From the NCBI GenBank assembly GCA_963827165.1, contig CAWGZR010000004.1, forward strand, positions 32,001 to 96,000: a stretch of DNA of 64,000 bases, read 5' to 3'. The notes below the pieces were generated by a model. The model was not told where the DNA came from, searched no databases, and saw nothing but the letters and a program-made list of their open reading frames with translations. Made by a program: the position numbers and the translations under genes. The DNA comes from Candidatus Bathyarchaeota archaeon. Its GTDB lineage: Archaea; Thermoproteota; Bathyarchaeia; Bathyarchaeales; Bathycorpusculaceae. Shown here piece by piece: positions 20,673 through 30,581 of this stretch. Numbering within the stretch: position 1 is the stretch's first letter; each line of letters opens with the position of its first letter.

Positions 20673-20903
20673 TTATTTCAAGACTTTTTCCAAGTCATTA
20701 ATCGAGCAGTCAATGAATTCGCCCTTAGCCACCTGTTTTTTGCTTTCCGCAATAGACTTCAAAGTTTCTTTATCTGCAAGCGTCTCTAATGTGGCAAGTA
20801 TCTGCTCTACCTTAACGTAAGTCCCGACCATTTCCTCAAAAAGATCCTTTGGAATAACAATTCCATCCTTAGTAACTTTGACCTTTGCCTCCAATACAAG
20901 CAC
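20673..20903 (-). CDS. Probable antitoxin orphaned by toxin decay
   Basis: LATLETLADKETLKSIAESKKQVAKG, a Phd/RelB-like C-terminus. Confidence 0.6.
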   Translation of the reverse strand: MLVLEAKVKVTKDGIVIPKDLFEEMVGTYVKVEQILATLETLADKETLKSIAESKKQVAKGEFIDCSINDLEKVLK

Positions 20904-21043
20904 CTGAAAAATAGAACACTTAAGCGACTTTCAATTCTTTTCAAACAAAATCTTAAATTTCGTCAGAAGCGGACTTTACGTTTTTTCTGATTCGTATCAT
21001 TTGGCCTATAGTGTAATGTCAATTGTTGGCATTTAACTGTAAC

Positions 21044-21847
21044 TCATTCTTTCGCGTTTGTTTTCCGGCATTTTTGCCATACTAAATCAAAATAATCTTG
21101 GGCTAAGTCAACTGCAGCTTTGTTGTTGGACCATAAAGTGGGATACGGGAAAGGTGAATCAACCGCGGATGTGCTGAGCAGCATTTCCTTTTGATCCCAA
21201 ACGCTAAAACCTACATTCGGAGGCGCTGAAGCTAATCTGAGGCCAAAATTCGGATACTTCATTAATGCTTCAAGTGGTCCTCCCAAACGCTCGTCAGCGT
21301 CTGGCTTTGGAATAATTATTTTGAAAGCCACATTGCGCTTCAGCACGTCTTGTAAAAGAGGTGAGTAACTTGAGACCCAAGCGATCATTCTTCTTCTCAA
21401 AGCCATAAAGCAGATTGTGTCTTCGACGTTTCTGATCATTTTCTCAGCTTTAGCGTATATTGCAGCTCTACTGGGAATAAGCATGAAATCGAATTCTTCA
21501 CCAAGCTTCTCTTTTATGTTGATGCGCTTGAAGCTTTGGGTCAATGAGAGAGCTTTCTTTTGAAGTTCAACGGTTTTCATAAGTCTTCTTTGCATCAATT
21601 CGGATACACACTTTTCCACCGGCACCGCCTGAAATCTCACCGGCTTCGAAATTTTTCTTTCGATAAACCCCACCTTCTCCAGTTCAACTAGAATTCTGTA
21701 GACGTCAGGTCTAGTAATTCCAGAGATTAAGGATATTTCAGGTGCCTTAAGACTTCTTGATTTTGCAAGTGACAAGTAAACTTTGGCCTGTGACACGCTC
21801 AAACCCAGTTCAGTCAGGGTGGAAACGTATTCGTCGCTATCTGCCAT
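21044..21847 (-). CDS. TrmB-family transcriptional regulator
   Basis: LGLSVSQAKVYLSL, ITRPDVYRIL, C-terminal effector domain ending YFDLVW. Confidence 0.88.
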   Translation of the reverse strand: MADSDEYVSTLTELGLSVSQAKVYLSLAKSRSLKAPEISLISGITRPDVYRILVELEKVGFIERKISKPVRFQAVPVEKCVSELMQRRLMKTVELQKKALSLTQSFKRINIKEKLGEEFDFMLIPSRAAIYAKAEKMIRNVEDTICFMALRRRMIAWVSSYSPLLQDVLKRNVAFKIIIPKPDADERLGGPLEALMKYPNFGLRLASAPPNVGFSVWDQKEMLLSTSAVDSPFPYPTLWSNNKAAVDLAQDYFDLVWQKCRKTNAKE

Positions 21848-22004
21848 GTTAATTCCCCTGAGGCGGAGCTTTCAGATATGATCTGTTTTTGTTGATAAGC
21901 TTTGTTGTAAGTGCACCCACCACCAACAAGATGTTAAATGCAAAACGCACCGATCCATGGAGGGTACACGCGTGTGTACTATTAATTAAGGAATGGAGAA
22001 AAAA

Positions 22005-25000
22005 ATGAAAAATACAAACAAATTTTTAGCTCTAGCACTTGCAATAATTTTTGCAGTCTCAATGACAGCTTCAATAGCAACAATCCCTGGCGCATTCGGT
22101 CATACACCAGCATGGCAAATTCCAACCTATGCATACACTTTACGCTCTCCCTAACCCGATCGGCGTGGGTCAAACCATACAAGTTTACATGTGGCTTGAC
22201 GCAGTTTACGGAGCCGCAGGCGGATAAGCAGCATCAGTAGGCACAAACGGAATGACAGCAAGCTCCGCCCTCATGTCAAACAATTACCGATTCGAAAACT
22301 ATAAACTAGTAATCACCGCGCCAAACGGGCAACATAACCACTGAAACCTTCCCAATAGTTGAGGATACAACAAGCAGCCAAGAATACGCATTCACCGCAA
22401 GCCAAGTTGGAACATACACCTTCAACTTCACTTATCCAGGACAAGTATACGGCGCCAACGGCAACGGCTACGCCAAATCAGTTCTGATTGGAGACCAATA
22501 CCTCGCAAGCGCAGCATCAACGACAATGGCAGTCAGCGCATCGCCAATACCCTCACCCATAACCAGCTCGCCTCTTCCAACCGCATATTGGGAAAGCCCA
22601 ATTTACGGTGAAAACAGCAACTGGTGGTCAATCACCTCAAACTGGCTCGGTTCAGGCTCACCTGTTCCAGCAGGCTACACAAGCTCAACGCTGTTCCACG
22701 GAGACGGCGTCGGACCATTAACATCGCACCTTATGTGGACAACTTCCATGCAGTTCGGCGGAGTCGTCGGTGGCAACTCATTCCAGCCAGGCGGTTCATA
22801 TCCAGGCAACGGCCAAGGAGTACAATACTATGAAGGCTCAAGCTATCAACCAAGATTCAGCAACCCAATCATCATCGACGGCTATCTATTCTACACCAGC
22901 CCGTATCCTTCACAGGTCCAAGCAGCGGCGCAACAACCTGCGTTAGCTTATTCATGGAAAAACCCTGTGGACGAACCAGCCATGCCACCAATCTCATTCG
23001 GCTATGTCTACAACTTATGGGACCCAGACCAACACGGAACAATGTCTCCAGACCTTATCTGCGCAATAGGCGGAGGACTCACAGGTCTACCATCAATGTG
23101 GGAAGTATTCGACGCATACACCGGAATAGCAATGTTCAACGTAAGCTACGTTCCAGGCTTTGCACCACAAACAGGCCAACTAATCAACGGTCAACCCGTT
23201 GCTGGCACTCACCTACGGACAAACCATCGGCCCCTCAGGAGAAGTCCTAAGAGACGTATTGATGAACTGCGGAACCTCAGCTAACCCACAATGGTACCTT
23301 GCTGAATGGAACATGTCAAGACTATGGTCCTACGACATAAACCCATTCACTGGCGGAGGAAGCTACTCACCTATCGAAATCTAAATGGAAACAAACGTCA
23401 TGGTAGCTAACTTACCTATACTGATTACAGGCACAACAGGAACAACCCCTCAGGCGGAAGCCAATTCATCCCCTACGGCACAAAACTAACTGTCTTCGGA
23501 AACATCACATCACGCAAGGCGTAGCTCTATCTCAGGCAAACCCGCTTGGCAGATTTGACTGGAACATTTCAATGCCAATGGCTCAACAGCCTCGTACCAC
23601 AAGCAACCATGAGCACAGTCACCGGCAACCCCGTTCCAGGAGTCGTACAAGGACCAACAGGACGCAGTCTTCGCACAAGGCCCATTAGGTGGCACATGCC
23701 CAGTCAGCGTTGTAGGAACCGACTACGGCAACATGATGCTCCTCAGATACGGCGGATTACCACAGGATACAAAGGAAACAGCATAGGCTTACCCGCAACT
23801 ACCATACACACTATACGCAATCAACCTGAACGCTTCAGTCGGCGCAATCGGCTCATTACTTTGGCAAAAAACCATCCAGCCCCCAGCAGGCAACATTACC
23901 GTACAGTGGGCAGGCATTGATTGGCAGACAAAAACCTTCACACTCAACTATGAAGAAACCATGCAATGGGTCGGCTACAGCCTAACAAACGGCGCACAAA
24001 TATGGGGTCCAACTACATCACAACCAGCCTTAGACTACTACGGCGTCGGCAACACAATGCTCAGCGTATTCGCATACGGCAACCTCTACACTAGCCAAAT
24101 GGCAGGCATATGCTTCGCATACAGCGACACCACCGGCAAACTGCTCTGGACCTACGGCAACGGAGCCCCAGGATCAGACAACAGCACATATGCAGGATTA
24201 GCAACACCATACGGCGACTACCCAACAGCTATTCAATCAATCGCCAACGGCATAGTGTACATAGCCACAGACGAACACACAATTCTCAACCCAATCTACA
24301 AGGGCGCAACTACAGAGGCACTTAACGCAACAACAGGCAAACTGTTATGGGAACTCTCGGATTACCCGTCTGAATGGTCAAGTCCAGGCGCAGAATATGT
24401 AGTGGGCGGCGGATTCGCGACCTTCATGAACGGCTACAACAACCAAATCTACAGCGTTGGCAGAGGACCAAGCTCAACTACAGTTAATGTGTCACCAGGC
24501 GTGACGTCATACGGAAGCAATGTTGTCATATCAGGCACAGTCATGGATGTTTCAGCAGGCACAAAGCAGAGCCAACAAGCAGCAGACTTTCCAAACGGAG
24601 TCCCATGCTCCTCAGACGCAACCATGTACCAATGGATGGGCTACGTTTACCAGCAGCAACCAATGCCAACAAACTTCACAGGAGTACCAGTGACAATTTC
24701 AGTCTTAGACTCAAACGGCAACTACAGAGCAATAGGCAGCGCAACCACAAATGAAAACGGCATGTTCACCTTCACATGGACACCAGACATCACAGGCAAC
24801 TACACAGTCTACGCAAACTTCGGAGGCACAAACGGCTATTGGCCATCATCCAGCACAACAAGCTTCAACACCATGAATGCAGCTCCAACAGCAGCACCAA
24901 CAGGCACACCACTTAGCATGGCAGGCACCCAAAGCACCATCATGATGGGCGTCATCGCAGTCATTGTAGTAGTAATCATAGGCATCGCAGTAGTCGCAAT

Positions 25001-25025
25001 GCTCATACTCCGAAAGAAACCATAA
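22005..25025 (+). pseudogene. PQQ-like beta-propeller surface protein with several frameshifts in the 5' two-thirds
   Basis: MKNTNKFLALAL...HTPAWQIPTYAY; fragments align with 49306..52227; 3' third and TM-RKKP tail intact. Confidence 0.8.
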
Positions 25026-25042
25026 GCAAAAGAACCAAAAAA

Positions 25043-25067
25043 ATCATCTTTCTTTTTTTTGTTTTTG
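25043..25067 (+). terminator. Oligo-T terminator
   Basis: atcttt-c-tttttttt-g-ttttt just after the stop. Confidence 0.5.
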
Positions 25068-25144
25068 ACCCTAATCTGAGACGAAGTTCTGCCAAAAGCA
25101 ACTGATAACATATTGGCGGAAAGCTACTTATCCCGTCATCGAAC

Positions 25145-25621
25145 ATGTGTTGCAACGGAGAAGAGAGAATCAGCGAAACAATAGAGTTCCCAAAAACGTT
25201 GGTCATCGCAGGAAACATCGCCTTAGCCGCGTGGATCCTGCTGGACGCCGTGGCGCTTTCCCTCGTCAGCCTGGCTGCCGGCGTCGCGATCCTTCTGGTT
25301 CTACTAATCGCCGTCTACGGTATCCTCAAATTCCTCGGATGCCTCCGACCCTGCTACAACTGCAAAAAATGCACATTCGGCATGGGCAGATTGGCAGCGC
25401 TCTATTTTGGCAAAAGAAGCCTCAAAGACTATAAACACAACTACCGCCTACCAGTCGCTTTATTCTATTACACTCTGGTCGGACCCTTGCCAGCCGCAAT
25501 CCTACTTGCCTCAACAATAGAAGTCTTCACAGCCGCTAAGACCGCTGTCCTGTTCATCTCCTTTGCCTTCTCAGTAACCAGCGCCCTGACGTGGCGTGCA
25601 AATCCAAGCAATGTTCCTTAA
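25145..25621 (+). CDS. Hypothetical Cys-containing membrane protein
   Basis: About four TMs, CLRPCYNCKKC. Confidence 0.65.
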   Translation: MCCNGEERISETIEFPKTLVIAGNIALAAWILLDAVALSLVSLAAGVAILLVLLIAVYGILKFLGCLRPCYNCKKCTFGMGRLAALYFGKRSLKDYKHNYRLPVALFYYTLVGPLPAAILLASTIEVFTAAKTAVLFISFAFSVTSALTWRANPSNVP

Positions 25622-25694
25622 ACCGTGTAGCCATTTTCTATGCAGCAAGCGGAACCTTCTCAAAATGCCTCAAGCCTCATAGAGGATTTAGTCT

Positions 25695-27215
25695 TTAATA
25701 AAACCGACTAAAAAAGCTGAAAGATCGAAAAGCAGGCGTGTAAGACAATGTTTTTGATCGGCTCACGTCCGGGCTGTCGTCAATTTTATGGTCGTTGGTT
25801 CTTTTTCTCAGGTAGAATACAGCTAAAACTGCGACGACCGCTATAGCTGATGCAATTACAACGCTGGCAATGATGGTTTCAGAACTGATTGAGATTGACG
25901 GACTTGAGGTTGGCAAAACAGATGGAGTGGATGCAGTGACTGAAGTCAGATTCGATACCGTTTCCACTCTGTAGACATAACAGCCCACTGGAAACGTCCA
26001 AGTTCTCACTACCTGCCCAGCAGGATTCACTTCGACAAACACGGCGCCGGTGTTGGTGAAATTCCAGGTCCCATTCGGAAGTTCGTTTTGGGTATCGTAG
26101 TGCGTTGGGTCGCCGAAGTCTCCGAGAAAGTCCCCGTTTGGAAGAAGCAAGTTCGCGCCGGCATATGAATTCCAATTCGAGATTGGTGCTTCCCAACTCC
26201 AGTTAACATACGCAGTCATACTGGTCTCATTAAGAGTAACTTACATCAAACTGCTGCGGCAATCGTCAGGATTAGTGACGTTATCGTAGTCGTTGTTAAA
26301 CATGGTGAAGACATCGGGAGCCACCTCTTTCACGTCATGCTCACCATAGAATAAGCTGGAAACGGTCTGGTCGTTATCGCCCAGAAGAGTAAAGTTGCCA
26401 AATCTGCCGCAAGCCCAAAATATGTCCCCCGTAGTCTGGTTAATCTTATAGAACGTGTCAGTTGAACGTGAATTCAGGTATATGATGCCGTCGTTGTAGT
26501 CCCAGTCAAGTGAGTTCGCATGAATAAAATCAATCACAGTTTGCCCATTAAGAGTGGTTGTCTCGTTGAAAGGAGACGCCTCGCTTATCGGTATGTGATT
26601 GTAAGAGTTCCATGTCCATAGGGCTGTTCCGTTTGGTTCAAGCTCCACGATCTTGTCTACGAGGTATAGGTCATTTCCCACTGGTTGAACATATTGCTGC
26701 AGCGTGAGAAAAGTGTTATTGACTGGGTCATATTCAATATCATGCTCACCCACAACACCAGGAAAGTCTTCGATTGCTCCCGTGGACAAGTTCCAGAAAT
26801 GTGTCTCGTATGTCGGCGCATCTTGAGCACCGTCCACTTCGGGTTCACCTTCGAACATCATGGTGTCAGGTGAAATATTGTAAGCGGCGCCATAGCTATT
26901 GTCCGATTGAGGGACAGCCACTACCGTGCCATTAGTATCCATAACGACAAAATAGTTGCTGTTTGCTTCTGTACCCACAAAGCTGCTGCCTATCTCGAGA
27001 TCAAACGCAATTTCGCCGTTCCATGCATTTCCAGTTGTATTAACTGTGCAAGGTAAAACAAAATTCTTGTCGGTTTGAGAATAGGTTATTGGCAAAAAAC
27101 TGGAAAGTACAAGACATAACGCGGTCATCACAACTACGGTTAAAATTGTTTTTTTGCTTCTCTTAAAATCAAGCATGATTTTTTCCTTTTCCGGTTTATT
27201 TTCTGAACGAGACAC
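25695..27215 (-). pseudogene. Aryl-sulfate sulfotransferase (ASST)-like surface protein split by an in-frame TAA
   Basis: HDIEY, DFIHANS, GEHDV motifs; the two ORFs are in frame across TAA 26241-26243 (LM*VTLNETSM); C-terminal TM. Confidence 0.7.
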
Positions 27216-27495
27216 CTACAGTGGTTTCGTCGGGAAAGAAAATAATATGGACTTTTAAAGTGATACCTAAATCTTACCCAAATCCGCATCTACAGCGCGG
27301 CGTGAATTTTTAGTTCGGTTAAATGGCTCGCGCGTCTGCTCTTCAAATATTTGCTGTTAAGTTGTTCAGACTATTCGCATTTTGAATTATGTATCGGTCG
27401 AATCTTCTTGCTTGCTATCAAGGTTCCAACCAAAAAAGCCATGAAAAGAAAATAGAAAGCAAGCCCGAAAATCAGGGTCCTTGCAGGATTAAAGA

Positions 27496-27765
27496 TCAAG
27501 CTAGAAGCAACAATGTCGAATAGATGCCGCCCGACAAAAACAAAGTTTCAACGTTGCTAAGACCTCTCAATTCAACATAAGCAAAGACTAACAGTAGCGC
27601 CATCCAAGTTACGAATATCAAATGTATGCCGCCGATGAACATAAATTGTGACAATAGGCGGTTGCCGACTGAAATAATAATTAGGAGAATTGGACCCCAA
27701 CTCTTTCGTTTCACAATCCAAAACAGAGCTAATAGATTAAGCGGTATGGCAGCCACTGCGTCCAA
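27496..27765 (-). pseudogene. Fragment of a membrane protein
   Basis: Hydrophobic ORF without a clean start; flanks look frameshifted. Confidence 0.35.
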
Positions 27766-28088
27766 AACCGCGATTTCCCAACTAACTGTTAAAGTAAAAC
27801 GATGCGCTGGGGATTTTGTCCATATAATTATTGAAAATATCTCGCCTATAATGTTAAAAGCACCAAAATCAAAAGGATTTTATGCTTTACGTCTTGCACG
27901 CTCATTTGTTCAAAAGCGCATTTTATAATTCCTCGATTCTGCTTTGCTCCACATCGATCTCAGCAAATTGAAAGCCCCAACTTGGCGAACGAATAGAGCA
28001 AAAAAGATGCGTTGATCTCAAGCAATATTTACTGCTAGCCCTAAAGAAAAAAAGGATTGGTAGATCAATTTCCCGTTTTGTCGGGACT

Positions 28089-28901
28089 TTATTTTTCTTT
28101 TCTTTTCACGTAAACAATCGTTCCAAAAGCTACCAGAACAAGCACAGCTCCAACCATAATTTCGGCTGCTGACGAAAACTCATTAACAGTCGGCGTCGGC
28201 GAAGGAGACGATGACGAAACCGACGTTATCGACGGTAACGTTACGCTGCTGCTTTGCGGGATGAAATAGCCTTGCACAGCGCATGCTTCTGCGGTTACGT
28301 TGAATTTGAGCGGGTTATCGGTGGAAACAGCTGATCCGCCCTTGGCGGCTGGAACCAACCAGTAAAGGAATTTGAAGCCGTCTGCAGGTTTGGCAGTGAA
28401 GGTGGCAATATCGCCGATTGAGTAGTTGGTGTAAATTGCTGCACCTGGGCTTGTTGTTCCACCTATTGAAATTAAGACATCGAAAGGCGATTGTCCAGTT
28501 TGACTGGTGGATTGGGCAAGTGACGCGTTAATGTCGGGGACAAACATTGGTTGAATGGCACATCCGGTTGACGTGATCTTGTAGTTGAAGGGATCATTTG
28601 TGGATGTGGCGGCGCCGGTTGAGTTGGCGTAGTCCCAGCATAAGAACTTGAATTGTGCAAGCGGCGTCGCTGTAAAGGTGACGGTTGAGCCCGCAGTATA
28701 ATTGTAGGTTGTGCCCCCTGTCAGAGTAGCCCCTGACGCCGAAACTATCCCGCCGCACGATTCGTAAAGATAGACGCTGTCGGTTCCTTGTGCTTTGACA
28801 GTTTGCAGGTTCGAATTCACTGAAATCAAAATAAGCACTGACGTTAGCAAAAACAACGCCAAAAACTTTGAGCCATTCGTCGCCCTAAAAAACTTGGTCA
28901 T
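28089..28901 (-). CDS. Surface protein with two B-repeat-like domains and a PEF-CTERM-like tail
   Basis: Signal peptide, 2x TFTAxP..xFKFLxW, then PTPTVNEF + TM + KRKEK. Confidence 0.7.
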   Translation of the reverse strand: MTKFFRATNGSKFLALFLLTSVLILISVNSNLQTVKAQGTDSVYLYESCGGIVSASGATLTGGTTYNYTAGSTVTFTATPLAQFKFLCWDYANSTGAATSTNDPFNYKITSTGCAIQPMFVPDINASLAQSTSQTGQSPFDVLISIGGTTSPGAAIYTNYSIGDIATFTAKPADGFKFLYWLVPAAKGGSAVSTDNPLKFNVTAEACAVQGYFIPQSSSVTLPSITSVSSSSPSPTPTVNEFSSAAEIMVGAVLVLVAFGTIVYVKRKEK

Positions 28902-28986
28902 AAAAAGTTCCTAAATAGGAAGATGCAAATCTAAAAATAAGCATTATGGGGAGCGAGCCCTTCCTTCCAAATTTCCAGCATTCAAT

Positions 28987-29445
28987 CTACGCCGCTACAT
29001 GTACTATACCTGTTACGTTTAGGACATAGGCTTGGTAAGCTGTTTCATAACTCATTTCTCCAATAACCTTGACTGGCTGATTCTGATCGTACCCAGTTGG
29101 AAAGCCAACGGTGAAGTTTGAGGGAAAACTTGCAGGAGGAAAAAGATCAACTGGAAAAGTCAGAAAAACAAAGGAAGCAACCGCTTCTTTTTGACCAGTA
29201 CCTTCTGTAAATGTTCTTGTGCTGGGTTGAGGTGAAACAGGCGGCGTTATTGTTGTGGCGGATATGCCTGGGTAAATTGCGTGGCCCGGCGCATAACTCA
29301 AAAATCCAGTGATTGTGTAAAAGCCCGCCTGCGGCTTCGTTGTTTGGTTCTGGAAATAAAATAGGGTTCCAACGACTATACCAACGACGAGAACTGCGAT
29401 TAAACCGAAATAGAGCGCAAGAGAGTTTTTTCGAGATAACTTCAA
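28987..29445 (-). CDS. Hypothetical membrane-anchored protein
   Basis: N-terminal TM and soluble domain. Confidence 0.55.
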   Translation of the reverse strand: MKLSRKNSLALYFGLIAVLVVGIVVGTLFYFQNQTTKPQAGFYTITGFLSYAPGHAIYPGISATTITPPVSPQPSTRTFTEGTGQKEAVASFVFLTFPVDLFPPASFPSNFTVGFPTGYDQNQPVKVIGEMSYETAYQAYVLNVTGIVHVAA

Positions 29446-29596
29446 TCAAGATGCCCTTTACTCAATTATCATGAACTCCAGTTATTTAGCGCTACATTTT
29501 AGAACAGGATTCTTCGCCTAAAAACATGACTAAAGCGAACGCGTCCACCAAAAAACCTTTATTCTCCCAAAACCACTCGTTTTCTGGTGACTGAAG

Positions 29597-29830
29597 TTGG
29601 AAGTGGAGATTAAGGCTGTTGACGAACAGGGACGTATCATATTGCCGAAGGTCTGGCGTGAAAAATATCTCAAAAACAAGAAAGCTATCGTCTCAGCTAA
29701 AGGTGACACTCTCGAAATTAAACCTTTTTCCGCAATTGACCTCACCGAATACTTCGACAAAATGGATGTAGACCTAAAGGCAGACCTCTCAGACTGGCAC
29801 AAAGTCCGCAAAGAATTAAGGGGCAAATAA
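29597..29830 (+). CDS. AbrB/MazE antitoxin
   Basis: VDEQGRIILPKVWR. Confidence 0.85.
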   Translation: MEVEIKAVDEQGRIILPKVWREKYLKNKKAIVSAKGDTLEIKPFSAIDLTEYFDKMDVDLKADLSDWHKVRKELRGK

Positions 29831-29831
29831 A

Positions 29832-30257
29832 GTGTCCCAAGCCTACGTTGATGCTAATGTATTCGTTTATGCCTTTCTAAAAACCAAAAGGCCACTACAG
29901 CCGAATGAGTTAGAAATAAAGCAAGCAGCCAAAAATATTGTCGCAAGAATCAGCAAAGGAGAAAAAGTAATCACATCTGTTGTTCACTTCAGCGAAGTCT
30001 GCAACGTTTTAGAGGATCATCTCTCGTTTGAAGAAGCGATTCTCTTAGAAAAGGGGTTGCTGTACCGAGAAAACGTTTCAATCTGTGAAGTAGTCCATGA
30101 GGATTACATCAAAGCCGTATCAATAGCAGAAGAACATAATGTGGGCGTTAACGATGCGTTGGCTTATGTACTCATGAAAGAACAAGCCATAGAGATAATC
30201 TACTCCTTTGACAAAGACCTTGACACCTTCATTGATATCAAACGAGTAATCAAATAA
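29832..30257 (+). CDS. vapC: VapC/PIN toxin
   Basis: YVDANVF, FSEV, VNDALA, SFDKDLD. Confidence 0.9.
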   Translation: MSQAYVDANVFVYAFLKTKRPLQPNELEIKQAAKNIVARISKGEKVITSVVHFSEVCNVLEDHLSFEEAILLEKGLLYRENVSICEVVHEDYIKAVSIAEEHNVGVNDALAYVLMKEQAIEIIYSFDKDLDTFIDIKRVIK

Positions 30258-30381
30258 ACATTTTACCTCTTCTGCAAGAAAGCTTGACTTGCACTCAAAA
30301 GATCGGGGTCATATTTCCAAGTTCGCCAAAACATGTTTTCCGTTAAAAGAATAGGAGCCCAAAATCGAAGTTTTAGCGTTA

Positions 30382-30496
30382 AGGGTTTGCTGAGGCTCTG
30401 GAAACTAAGGAAGAAAAGTTCTTTTCTTTAGGAGAAAAAGAAAAATGCAAACTCTTCAATTGCAGCTATTTTGAATGTAACCAGAGCCTTCTCAGC
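30382..30496 (-). repeat. ~110-bp structured element downstream of a beta-propeller gene, copy A
   Basis: Terminal IR gctgaggctctgg...ccagagccttctcagc; homologous to 35222-35332. Confidence 0.8.
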
Positions 30497-30581
30497 GCCC
30501 ATTCTTTTCATATCTCCATTTTTTCATGTTTCAAAGGATCAAAAAAAGGGAAAAGGGAATTGTAGTTTTGGTTTTTGTCGT

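Noticed and set aside
26241-26243. Stop-codon recoding suggested by in-frame TAA in the ASST-like gene, RelE remnant and zinc ribbon
   Set aside because: TAA is a normal terminator for many intact genes here; point mutation or sequencing error is simpler
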